Assembly: GCA_002305085.1 (NCBI GenBank)
Contig: DBQE01000018.1
Location: forward strand, 1,552-65,551
Reading direction: 5' to 3'
DNA from: Bacteroidales bacterium UBA1402
Lineage (GTDB): Bacteria > Bacteroidota > Bacteroidia > Bacteroidales > UBA1402
DNA: 64,000 nucleotides
Shown here: positions 29,049 through 37,244 of the stretch, one piece after another
Layout: every line of letters starts with the position of its first letter
Position numbering within the stretch: the first letter of the stretch is position 1
Position numbers and translations under genes: made by a program
Notes under the pieces: generated by a model
The model's database searches: none
What the model was told of the DNA's origin: nothing
What the model saw: only the letters and a program-made list of their open reading frames with translations

Positions 29049-32000
29049 TCAAGGCAAATAAATCAACTTAGTGCTCAACACCTCACCGGGCAATTCGGCG
29101 CGGAGGATGTAAAGACCGCGGCTGAGGTTTTCGGTACCAAAATCAATTGCGGCGATGCCTTCGTACTGTCTGTCGAAGATTAGGTTGGCTTTGCTGTCGT
29201 ATATACGCAGGCGGTAGCTTTCGTTTTGTCCGGTATTAACGAAGAAGGTGCCCTTGCTGGGGTTGGGATAGACGTCGAGGCGGGCGGCGAGGAATGTGCC
29301 GGGGCTTTTGATGGCAGAGGCAGATGCGGGGTCGTCGGCGAAGGGCGATCCGCCCACGTGGCTGGAGGTTATCCAGTAGGAATAATCGCCGGGATCTCCT
29401 TCGGGCATTGCCTGTGCGGCTGCCAAGCTATAGCCCGATCCGTCGGGCTCCGTTGGCCAGGGGCTTTTGTCGTAGTAATCGAAACTGATCAGGGGTTGAT
29501 TAGCGGGATCCAGCAAAACGATTTTTTCGCCCGAATTGGAAAGGTTTCTCGAAAAACTGCCGGAGGGATAGCGCCCATAGCGCAAGTAGAAGTTGTTGGG
29601 CTTGGAGGCGGCTACATAAAATTCGCCCGGATACAGCAATTGTTGTTCGGGAAAGCGGTGATAAATGCCCGAGTCAATTTTCAGTCCGGACAGATCTATG
29701 GCTTTGTTGCCGGTGTTTTTGAACTCGATAAACTCAAAATCTTGCCCCTTGGTCAATACTGAATTTACAAAAGTGTCTTTGGGGTGGTAATGTATTTCGG
29801 TAATCTTTAAGGCCTGGTAATCTTCGTCTGCATTACTGAAAAAGACTTGCTTCAGAGGGCCCCAGTTGGTTCCCGAGTAAATTCTGCACGACAGCACGGT
29901 GCTTTGGTCTATGCTGAACGAAACACTGCCTCTGACATTGATGGCCTTGGACGAAATTCCGCCTCCGAAAGTTCTGGGGTCGCTGCCGTCGAGCGTGTAG
30001 TAAAGACTGCTGCTTGGACCGGAAAGATTACTGATGCTAACCGGCACTTCGCCCCGAAAACTGTAATCCGAACCGTAGAAGCGATAATTGTTGATGCTGA
30101 TGCCCGGAGCCGCTATGGTGGTATACAAGCCTTCTGCTTTGAGCTGCTGTATCAGGATGTTGGTGCGTTTGGGGAAATACTCGTTATACATGGACTGGAG
30201 CAAGGTTTCCCAGTCTTTTTTACCCAGGGTTGTATGACTCACGGCGTCTCCCCAGCGGGCCGACTCGGCAATAACAGCCAGGTCTATTTGAGCGGCTCTT
30301 GAGCGATAGAGGGCTGCGGCAGAATCGGGCCTTAACAGACCGCCAACGGATAAATACTTATACGCACGGTCCATAAAACGAAAGCGGTATTCTTCGTTGG
30401 AGCAAAGTTTGTAGTGCAACCACTGAGGATTAAACTCGAGCATACGGTTTATTTGCATACTGCCGTTTGTTCCTATGTTCACACGGTTGCAATTCAATCC
30501 ACCTACGAAGACATTATCAACAAACATACTGTGTTCCGAATCGTGCGCAAAAAAGCGGAATCCCCTCGAGTGGTCGTTGCGGTTATATACGGCGTAGTAA
30601 TTGTTGGGCATATCATCGTTGCCGAAGGCCGAGGTCGGGGCATCGAAATTGCCGGTGTAGAAAATAACCAGCATATAGTCGATCAGATTATCGATATCCA
30701 CCCAAACCCTGCCCTCCGGATCCATGCTTCCGTCGGGTTTTTTGCCCAACAAGGCCAGATAGGCTTCGTTGGAGGCAAAGCCTTCGGTACATTTATTCCA
30801 CAGAGCTGTCCAGGCTTCCAGGTTGCCGTCGGTGGCTTCGTTCGTATAGGGCCAGAATTCGGAATAGACTTTGATAACGTCGTAGTCGTCTTTATGTCCG
30901 CCGAAATAATGCTCGGCATTGTTGGCTTCGGCCCGTTCGTCGGTCTGGTAGAGCCCCCAGTACATGCCGTTGAGGTAGAGATGGTAATAGCGTCCTCTTT
31001 TGTAGGGTTGTTTCATGCGGCCTTGCAGGTCGCGACTGAAAATATCGGCTATCATGGAATTGTATTTGCTGCCGTCTTTGCTCCAGGAGTAATTTTGTTC
31101 GCAGCGCAAGTCCATGCGGTCGAATTCTTCTACTCCCTCGTTATCGAAAAGGGGGTATTTCAGCTTGGAGGCTCCGTATTCTTTTCTGAAGAAGAAACGA
31201 AAAGCCCTTTTGACGCTCTCTTTTTGTTTAGCACTGGCAGCTCCCCTGATGCGAATACCCGCGTTTATTTGAAAGCCTTTGGTTTCGCAGGTGTCGATCA
31301 ATTCTATGGAACAGGGACGTTCCCAGGCCCGGCCGCTTTTTTCGGCGTTCACATAGATGCCGCTGCCGGCATCGAACAGATGCTTCATGTCGGTTACTAT
31401 GCTGATGCTGGGGATTTGCCTAAGGGCTGCGTCAATGTAGGGCGAATAATTTTTGTGGTTTACCACGGCCGTATCCATTTCGTAGTCGAGCCTTTGTCCG
31501 TTGTGCCGACTGACAGGCCATTCCCAGCCGGGGTGAGTCTGGGTTTTTACCTGATCGGTAAAAATATAGGTTCTGGTAATGGAAACCGAAGGCTTATAAC
31601 CCTCTTTCACGAGGCAGGCGCGCAAAACATAAGCCGGCGTCTGCCCTCTCAAAATGGGTTGTGTGGGGTCGATGGACCATTCTCTCCACGTGCCGGCATT
31701 GATGGCGGTAGAAGAAGTGGCGGGTTCGCTGCCGTCGAAGCTGAACAATATGTTGCAGTCGGGATAGGGCGATTCGAGGGTCAGAGTGAAGGCTTCGTCG
31801 TAAAAACCGGCCTTATGACTGATTTGTACGTTGCCGCTGTAAGGGAAAGCGGGCAATGCGGGTTCTGCCGTCATTCCCAAATCGAAATGGATGTCGGAAC
31901 TATGAGAAGACACATTCAACACCATAACGGCCAGGCTGTTGTCGCCTTCGACCAGAGGGATATCCATCGCGTTGAGTACGAAGCTCTCGTTAGTGCCCGG

Positions 32001-32408
32001 ATCGTGATTTTGCAGTGCGAGAGAGTTGTTCGATAGTGTCTCGGGGACGTTTTGTTTCAATACAATCTGTCCGTTGATGGCAATAACAAAACCGTCGTCG
32101 TAGTTGATGCTAAGATGGAGTTGTTCCAGTCTGTCTACATTCTCGGCCCGGAAAGTGCAGCGCAGGTAAAAACAGGTATAATTGTTTTGCATGTCGCTCA
32201 GTACAGTGCCACCGCTGCCTTTACCGTAGCGGAAAGGAGCAGGGCCGGTGCTCCATTGGCTGTCGTCGTAGTCCCGGCTGAATAGGGTTTCGGGGCTCTG
32301 GTGATTGGCATTGCCTTTGAGGTAGCGAAAACTGCTGCCTTGCTCAAAGCGAATTTGTCCCCGAATATTGGGGAGGGCCGTAAACAGCAGCGCAAACAAT
32401 AATAGCAT
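29049..32408 (-). CDS. CotH-kinase-family protein with galactose-binding-like N-domain, two chitobiase/hexosaminidase-C-like Ig modules, lamin-tail domain (LTD) and T9SS CTD
   Basis: Start moved to ATG 32408 (MLLLFALLFTALPNIRGQ signal). CotH-type YHLYLNGMYWGLYQTDERAE and NNYYAVYNRNDHSRGFRFFAHDSEHSMF. LTD ITEIHYHP...FEFIEFKNTGNKAIDLSG...SNSGEKIVLLD. CTD LDVYPNPSKGTFFV...LYILRAEL. Confidence 0.75.
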   Translation of the reverse strand: MLLLFALLFTALPNIRGQIRFEQGSSFRYLKGNANHQSPETLFSRDYDDSQWSTGPAPFRYGKGSGGTVLSDMQNNYTCFYLRCTFRAENVDRLEQLHLSINYDDGFVIAINGQIVLKQNVPETLSNNSLALQNHDPGTNESFVLNAMDIPLVEGDNSLAVMVLNVSSHSSDIHFDLGMTAEPALPAFPYSGNVQISHKAGFYDEAFTLTLESPYPDCNILFSFDGSEPATSSTAINAGTWREWSIDPTQPILRGQTPAYVLRACLVKEGYKPSVSITRTYIFTDQVKTQTHPGWEWPVSRHNGQRLDYEMDTAVVNHKNYSPYIDAALRQIPSISIVTDMKHLFDAGSGIYVNAEKSGRAWERPCSIELIDTCETKGFQINAGIRIRGAASAKQKESVKRAFRFFFRKEYGASKLKYPLFDNEGVEEFDRMDLRCEQNYSWSKDGSKYNSMIADIFSRDLQGRMKQPYKRGRYYHLYLNGMYWGLYQTDERAEANNAEHYFGGHKDDYDVIKVYSEFWPYTNEATDGNLEAWTALWNKCTEGFASNEAYLALLGKKPDGSMDPEGRVWVDIDNLIDYMLVIFYTGNFDAPTSAFGNDDMPNNYYAVYNRNDHSRGFRFFAHDSEHSMFVDNVFVGGLNCNRVNIGTNGSMQINRMLEFNPQWLHYKLCSNEEYRFRFMDRAYKYLSVGGLLRPDSAAALYRSRAAQIDLAVIAESARWGDAVSHTTLGKKDWETLLQSMYNEYFPKRTNILIQQLKAEGLYTTIAAPGISINNYRFYGSDYSFRGEVPVSISNLSGPSSSLYYTLDGSDPRTFGGGISSKAINVRGSVSFSIDQSTVLSCRIYSGTNWGPLKQVFFSNADEDYQALKITEIHYHPKDTFVNSVLTKGQDFEFIEFKNTGNKAIDLSGLKIDSGIYHRFPEQQLLYPGEFYVAASKPNNFYLRYGRYPSGSFSRNLSNSGEKIVLLDPANQPLISFDYYDKSPWPTEPDGSGYSLAAAQAMPEGDPGDYSYWITSSHVGGSPFADDPASASAIKSPGTFLAARLDVYPNPSKGTFFVNTGQNESYRLRIYDSKANLIFDRQYEGIAAIDFGTENLSRGLYILRAELPGEVLSTKLIYLP

Positions 32409-32778
32409 GACCTTGGACAAGTTCTTGCAGCCGGGGACAAGGAAGTTTGGACCAGGGCTGAGACTTTTGCTTGCACGGGTGTTGCTGCCGGGGGCAAGGT
32501 TTTTTATGACTAAGATTGTTGACATACAGTCGTAAAAATACATATTTCTGAGGATTTTGTTGCCGGATCTTGCTGTATTACACAATTCTTGATGCATTTG
32601 AGACGATTTTGTCAGCCGCAAGCTCCTTGCTTAAACCCCTTTACTCACCATCGGATTATGTGATCGGGATTTGAACATTATCTAGTAGGTATGGTGCTTA
32701 AAATAATACTATTATCCCGTTCAGTGCAATTATTTTACTTATTCCCTCCTGTGTGTTTAAGGGCTAAATAAAAAGGTT

Positions 32779-32786
32779 TATCTTTG
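32779..32786 (+). promoter_or_regulatory. Bacteroidota -7 box (TATCTTTG) for the GH43-CBM32-LamG gene
   Basis: Exact TAnnTTTG match 39 nt upstream of ATG 32825. Confidence 0.45.
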
Positions 32787-32824
32787 ACTATCCTTCCAGC
32801 TTTTATATTTCAAGCCAAATTAAT

Positions 32825-35011
32825 ATGAAAACGAGAACAATCATTTTGACATTGGCGGCAGCCTTGCTGTTGACTGCTTGTGTACAAACCAATCCGGATG
32901 CGCAAGCCGATCCGGGTGTACAAACAGGACTGAGTTCCCAGTCGCCCGATGTGGGTAATCCTTTGCTGCCCGGTTATTTTGCCGATCCCACCATCGTGGA
33001 GTTTGACGGTATTTATTACATTTATGCCACCACCGACAACGAGATGTTGGCATCGGGGGCGCCAACGCTGTGGTATAGTCGCGATCTGTTGAATTGGTAT
33101 AATTATACTTTGGATATACCCTCGCTGGAATCTATCAATTTGCGGAATTTTTGGGCTCCCGATATTGTGAAAGGCGACGACGGGCGCTATTACCTGTATT
33201 TTGGTAATTGTCAGGCAGGATGTAATATTTACGGCTATGTTTCTTCCACGCCGGTGGGACCCTGGACTAAATTGCATCAGGACGACACTCCGGTAATCGG
33301 CAGCGGCTTTCCCCGCAGGGGCTTTCCTTCGCTGGATGCTCAGTTTTTCAGGGACGACGATGGAAAAATCTACGCCTACTGGGGCACCTGGGTGCACTAC
33401 AACGGCGGCTATGCCGTGGGAGAACTCGATAGTAAGAGCATGTCCCGCATGATCAACGGAAAAAATATTCCCCTGGAGCAGACACCGGAACCTTTTGAGG
33501 CAGCTTACGTGCTCAAGCATAAGGACAAATATATCCTGATGTATTCCAGCGCTTCCTGCCACGACGCCAGTTACAACGTGCGCTATTCCTATGCCGACAA
33601 TCCCTATGGTCCTTTTACTCCCGGTGACAACAATCCCATTCTCAGCACCAATGCCGACCAGTCGGTACACGGCCCCGGACATCATTCGGTGTTGAAGCAG
33701 GGCGAAGATTATTATATCGTATATCATCGCCACGATTATCCCATGACCCGGGGCGGTATGGCGCGGCAGGTTTGCATCGACAGCATGATTTTTGAGAACG
33801 ATTCCACCATTCGTAAAGTAATTCCTTCGCATCGGGGCATAGCCGATATTTTTCCTTCGGAGTTGCCGGTCGATCTGGCCTTTGGAGCCAAAACCAAGGC
33901 CTCTTCGTATTACCGCATGAACAGTCCGGGTTATGACTATACGTACAAGCCTTCGTTTGCAACCGACAACAACAACGCCACCATGTGGAAGGCGGCCGAT
34001 AATTCTTTTCCCCAGACCCTGGAGATTGATTTGGGGAGTGTGCAGAAAATCAGCAGAGTAATGACTCAGTTTGAGTTTGCCTCGTATTATTATCAGTATC
34101 TGTTGGAATATTCTACCAACGGCAAAAAATGGGCTGTTTACGCCGATCGTTCCGACAACCGGGTTTCGGGCAGCCCCATGATCGACGACAAGGAAGTGGA
34201 AGCCCGCTTTTTGAGACTAAAAGTATTGGGGGCCGAAAAAACCGGTATCTATGCTGCTGTTTGGAACATTAAGGCCTACGGCTCCTCCTTCGACATTCCC
34301 CTGGGTCTGGTCAACAAGGCATCCGAAGCAGGCCCGGGAGCCGCAAGCAAGCGGGAAATGTTGCTCGGCTTTGAAATCGGCAAAAAGAGTAAGGCAGAGA
34401 ATCTAAGCAGCCTGCCCAACCTGGGTACGCTGGGCGGAAACTTTACACTCAGGGGCGAAGTGTCGCTTGGCACGGACGACTTGGGCGTGCAAGCTCTTGA
34501 ATTTACCCGTGGATCTTTAGTCTTGGATGTGCCTGTGCCTCAGAGGCTTGCGTGGAACGGCTCGTTTACGGTGGCTACCTGGGTAAGGAATCCCGAGGTT
34601 GGGCGCGAAGGCGACTGCCTGTTCTCCTGGTGCGATCGCCACGCCCTGCGCCTGGCTAATTCCTACAATGCTTTGTTTTACAATCGCGGCCCATACGGGG
34701 CTATGGCCCATCTGGACGGCCATTTCGATATGCGTTACCGCAATTTGCCGGCCGAAAACGAATGGCATCATATTGTGGTTACTTTCGACGGTGTGTTGGA
34801 AAAAGTATATGTAGACGGAGTCCTCGACAACGTTCAGAGCATGATCTTGGCTTCGGCAGTGGATAGAGCCCGCTTTATAGTGGGAGCTTCAGATGTGGGA
34901 GAACATTTCAGCGGTTATATGGCTTCGCTGCGTATGTACGATTACGCGCTCAGCCCGAAGGAACTCAGCAAATTGATGAAGAAGACCAGGCCTGAGAATT
35001 TGAAGAAATAA
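32825..35011 (+). CDS. GH43-family glycosidase fused to F5/8-type-C (CBM32-like) and LamG domains; lipoprotein
   Basis: 728 aa. Lipobox LLTAC. GNPLLPGYFADPTIVEFDGIYYIYATTD, FWAPDIVKGDDGRYYLYF, PFEAAYVLKHKDKYILMYS. Discoidin-like ATDNNNATMWKA...RFLRLKVLG. LamG ...YMASLRMYDYALSPKEL. Confidence 0.75.
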   Translation: MKTRTIILTLAAALLLTACVQTNPDAQADPGVQTGLSSQSPDVGNPLLPGYFADPTIVEFDGIYYIYATTDNEMLASGAPTLWYSRDLLNWYNYTLDIPSLESINLRNFWAPDIVKGDDGRYYLYFGNCQAGCNIYGYVSSTPVGPWTKLHQDDTPVIGSGFPRRGFPSLDAQFFRDDDGKIYAYWGTWVHYNGGYAVGELDSKSMSRMINGKNIPLEQTPEPFEAAYVLKHKDKYILMYSSASCHDASYNVRYSYADNPYGPFTPGDNNPILSTNADQSVHGPGHHSVLKQGEDYYIVYHRHDYPMTRGGMARQVCIDSMIFENDSTIRKVIPSHRGIADIFPSELPVDLAFGAKTKASSYYRMNSPGYDYTYKPSFATDNNNATMWKAADNSFPQTLEIDLGSVQKISRVMTQFEFASYYYQYLLEYSTNGKKWAVYADRSDNRVSGSPMIDDKEVEARFLRLKVLGAEKTGIYAAVWNIKAYGSSFDIPLGLVNKASEAGPGAASKREMLLGFEIGKKSKAENLSSLPNLGTLGGNFTLRGEVSLGTDDLGVQALEFTRGSLVLDVPVPQRLAWNGSFTVATWVRNPEVGREGDCLFSWCDRHALRLANSYNALFYNRGPYGAMAHLDGHFDMRYRNLPAENEWHHIVVTFDGVLEKVYVDGVLDNVQSMILASAVDRARFIVGASDVGEHFSGYMASLRMYDYALSPKELSKLMKKTRPENLKK

Positions 35012-35017
35012 TGTGGT

Positions 35018-35434
35018 TTATTCCCCTATAATTTTTACCAGCACGCGTTTGCGTCTTTTCCCATCGAATTCTCCGTAAAAGATTTGCTCCCAAGTCCCGA
35101 AATCCAGTTTGCCCCCGGTGACGGCCACGACCACTTCGCGCCCCATAACCTGGCGTTTCATATGGGCATCGGCATTGTCTTCGTATCCATTGTGACGGTA
35201 CTGGCTGTGAGGTTTTTCGGGCGCCAGCTTCTCGAGCCATTGCTCAAAGTCGGCATGCAGGCCCGCCTCGTCGTCGTTGATAAAAACACTGGCGGTGATA
35301 TGCATGGCATTACAAAGCAACAGCCCCTCTTTTATGCCGGACTCTTTGAGGCAACTTTCAATTTGAGGAGTAATATTTATGTAAGCTCTGCGTGTTTCGG
35401 TCTGGAAGCTAAGTTCCTTGCGGTATGATTTCAT
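35018..35434 (-). CDS. yjbQ: YjbQ/UPF0047 family protein (secondary thiamine-phosphate synthase-like)
   Basis: 138 aa. ITPQI..., [52 protein letters not shown]. Confidence 0.8.
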   Translation of the reverse strand: MKSYRKELSFQTETRRAYINITPQIESCLKESGIKEGLLLCNAMHITASVFINDDEAGLHADFEQWLEKLAPEKPHSQYRHNGYEDNADAHMKRQVMGREVVVAVTGGKLDFGTWEQIFYGEFDGKRRKRVLVKIIGE

Positions 35435-35454
35435 TTAAAACTTGCTTAAAGGCT

Positions 35455-35462
35455 CAAAAGTA
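35455..35462 (-). promoter_or_regulatory. Bacteroidota -7 box (TACTTTTG) for yjbQ
   Basis: Plus strand reads CAAAAGTA, 21 nt upstream of ATG 35434. Confidence 0.4.
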
Positions 35463-35508
35463 TCGATTGACTCCAATAATTCCAAACAAAAACATACAAA
35501 TTATTCAT

Positions 35509-35516
35509 TACATTTG
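35509..35516 (+). promoter_or_regulatory. Bacteroidota -7 box (TACATTTG) for xseA-xseB
   Basis: Exact TAnnTTTG match 61 nt upstream of ATG 35577. Confidence 0.4.
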
Positions 35517-35576
35517 CCCTCTTCAAGCTATCAAAACTACGAAAACAATCTTGGCGACAAAAACCCTACCGAAGCG

Positions 35577-36929
35577 ATGAAGCACAATTTTTCCGACTTT
35601 ACGCAAGCCGAGACAGGCAGAGCTCAACCTAAAACTCTCTATGAGCTTAACAACATGTTGCGCAGGGGGATTCGGGATCTCTTTCCCGAAAACCTCTGGG
35701 TACAGGCCGAGATTGCCGAATGCAAAGAAAATGCTTCGGGCCATTGTTATCTGGAATTGGTCGAGAAGCAGGAGGATTCCGACTATTTACGTGCCAGAGC
35801 CAAAGCGGTTATTTGGTCGAATGTATGGATTTTCTTGCGCGAGGCATTTACCCAACAAACCGGCAGCCAACTTCAGGCCGGACAAAAAATCCTGATTCTG
35901 GTTAAGCCCGATTTTCATGAATTATACGGTCTGAGTCTGGTGGTGCTCGATATTGATCCCGCTTATACTGTGGGCGAATGGGCCTTGCGTCGCCGGGCTG
36001 TTTTATCGCGACTGGAACAGGAAGGTGTTCTGGAACTCAATAAGGAGCTGGACTGGCCTCGTTTGCCTCAGCGCCTGGCGGTGATTTCATCGCCCACGGC
36101 TGCCGGCCTTGAAGATTTCAGGCATCAATTACAACATAATTCCGGGGGCTTCGTGATTTATACCTGTCTTTTCCCTGCCCTCATGCAGGGCGCGCAGGCA
36201 GAATCTTCCATATTGGAAGCCTTGGACAGGGTGTTGGAACATCAGGAACTTTTCGATTTGGTCGTGTTGATACGGGGAGGGGGAGCAACGGTCGATCTTT
36301 CCTGTTTCGACGGCTACGAACTGGCTTCGGCCCTGGCCCAGTTTCCTTTGCCTTTGCTGTCGGGCATAGGGCATGAACGCGATCGCTCGGTGGCGGATAT
36401 GGTGGCGCACACTTCGGTCAAGACTCCTACGGCAGCTGCCGAGCTGATACTGTCTTGCCTGGAACAAGAAGACCGGAAGATAGAAGATATGGCTGCAAGC
36501 CTGCTTGATATGGGGCAAGAAGCTATAAGCGCAGGTGTTCGGCAATTGCAGTTTTACAAGGAACGCATCGTGCAGTTGTCGTCTGTTCAAAAAAACCGGG
36601 GGCAGCTGCAAATCCAAAAAATCGAATCCGAATTACGATGGGCCGCACGAGAACGTCTTCAACAGAGAAGACACTGCTTGGATGCGGCAGTGCAAACCAT
36701 CGGCCTCTTGTCTCCCCAAATACTTGCACGTCAGTTGCAACGACTCGATGTGCTGAAATTAAAATTGGAAGCTTATTCTCCCGAATTGCAGTTAAAACGT
36801 GGGTTTTCGATCACTTTGCACCAGGGCAGGATTTTGCGTTCGGCCGAGGGACTTCCTCCGGGTAGCCTGCTCGAAACCCGCCTCGAAGACGGCCGTGTTT
36901 TTTCCAAGACCATACAAAAACAGACCTAA
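35577..36929 (+). CDS. xseA: Exodeoxyribonuclease VII large subunit
   Basis: Start moved to the in-frame ATG 35577 (MKHNFSDF...). OB-fold N-terminus (LWVQAEIAECKENASGHCYLEL), catalytic region VISSPTAAGLEDF...IRGGGA...GIGHERD. Confidence 0.88.
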   Translation: MKHNFSDFTQAETGRAQPKTLYELNNMLRRGIRDLFPENLWVQAEIAECKENASGHCYLELVEKQEDSDYLRARAKAVIWSNVWIFLREAFTQQTGSQLQAGQKILILVKPDFHELYGLSLVVLDIDPAYTVGEWALRRRAVLSRLEQEGVLELNKELDWPRLPQRLAVISSPTAAGLEDFRHQLQHNSGGFVIYTCLFPALMQGAQAESSILEALDRVLEHQELFDLVVLIRGGGATVDLSCFDGYELASALAQFPLPLLSGIGHERDRSVADMVAHTSVKTPTAAAELILSCLEQEDRKIEDMAASLLDMGQEAISAGVRQLQFYKERIVQLSSVQKNRGQLQIQKIESELRWAARERLQQRRHCLDAAVQTIGLLSPQILARQLQRLDVLKLKLEAYSPELQLKRGFSITLHQGRILRSAEGLPPGSLLETRLEDGRVFSKTIQKQT

Positions 36930-36939
36930 TTTTTTCAAG

Positions 36940-37140
36940 ATGAAATCGCCTATTTCTTACCAAAAAGCCATCGAAGAACTGGAAAGCATTTTACAATTTC
37001 TGGAACAGAACGAAGCCGATGTGGATCAAATGACTCAAAAATTAAAAAGGGCCACCGAATTGATTGGTTTTTGTCGCGAGAAGTTGCACAAAACCGACCT
37101 CGAGTTGCAGGCCATTTTTAAGGAACTGGAAGAAAAGTAG
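36940..37140 (+). CDS. xseB: Exodeoxyribonuclease VII small subunit
   Basis: 66 aa. MKSPISYQKAIEELESILQFLEQNEADVDQMTQKLKRATELIGFCREKL is typical of XseB. The 5' part of the tracked 113-aa ORF overlaps xseA and is discarded. Confidence 0.85.
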   Translation: MKSPISYQKAIEELESILQFLEQNEADVDQMTQKLKRATELIGFCREKLHKTDLELQAIFKELEEK

Positions 37141-37204
37141 TCCGGAATTTATTGTTTTAGGTCTGATTAACACTACTTAAAGCAAAGCTTGGTTCTTTTA
37201 TAAG

Positions 37205-37212
37205 TACATTTG
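37205..37212 (+). promoter_or_regulatory. Bacteroidota -7 box (TACATTTG) for the alkaline phosphatase-ispD-recG-GT2 block
   Basis: Exact TAnnTTTG match 33 nt upstream of ATG 37245. Confidence 0.45.
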
Positions 37213-37244
37213 CCGGTATAAAATAAATCCATAAAAAAACCACG

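Noticed and set aside
30414-32036. A 540-aa ORF on the plus strand, antisense to the CotH gene.
   Set aside because: Its translation is low-complexity (V/G/A/I-rich) with no recognisable motif. It has no promoter box or plausible start context, and it lies entirely inside a strongly motif-supported minus-strand gene. Long antisense ORFs are expected from codon-usage symmetry.
32409-32621. A 71-codon N-terminal extension of the CotH ORF in the track, starting at 32621.
   Set aside because: The extension has no signal peptide and starts at a non-ATG codon. It also contains the GC-rich direct repeats. The internal ATG at 32408 is followed immediately by a canonical signal peptide (MLLLFALLFTALPNIRGQ), as a T9SS cargo requires.
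32810-33832. A 340-aa minus-strand ORF overlapping the GH43-CBM32 gene start.
   Set aside because: It is antisense to a well-supported lipoprotein/GH43 ORF. It would also remove the TATCTTTG promoter geometry of the plus-strand gene.
36799-36939. The upstream part of the 113-aa ORF containing xseB.
   Set aside because: It overlaps the 3' end of xseA in another frame. The XseB homology starts only at ATG 36940.
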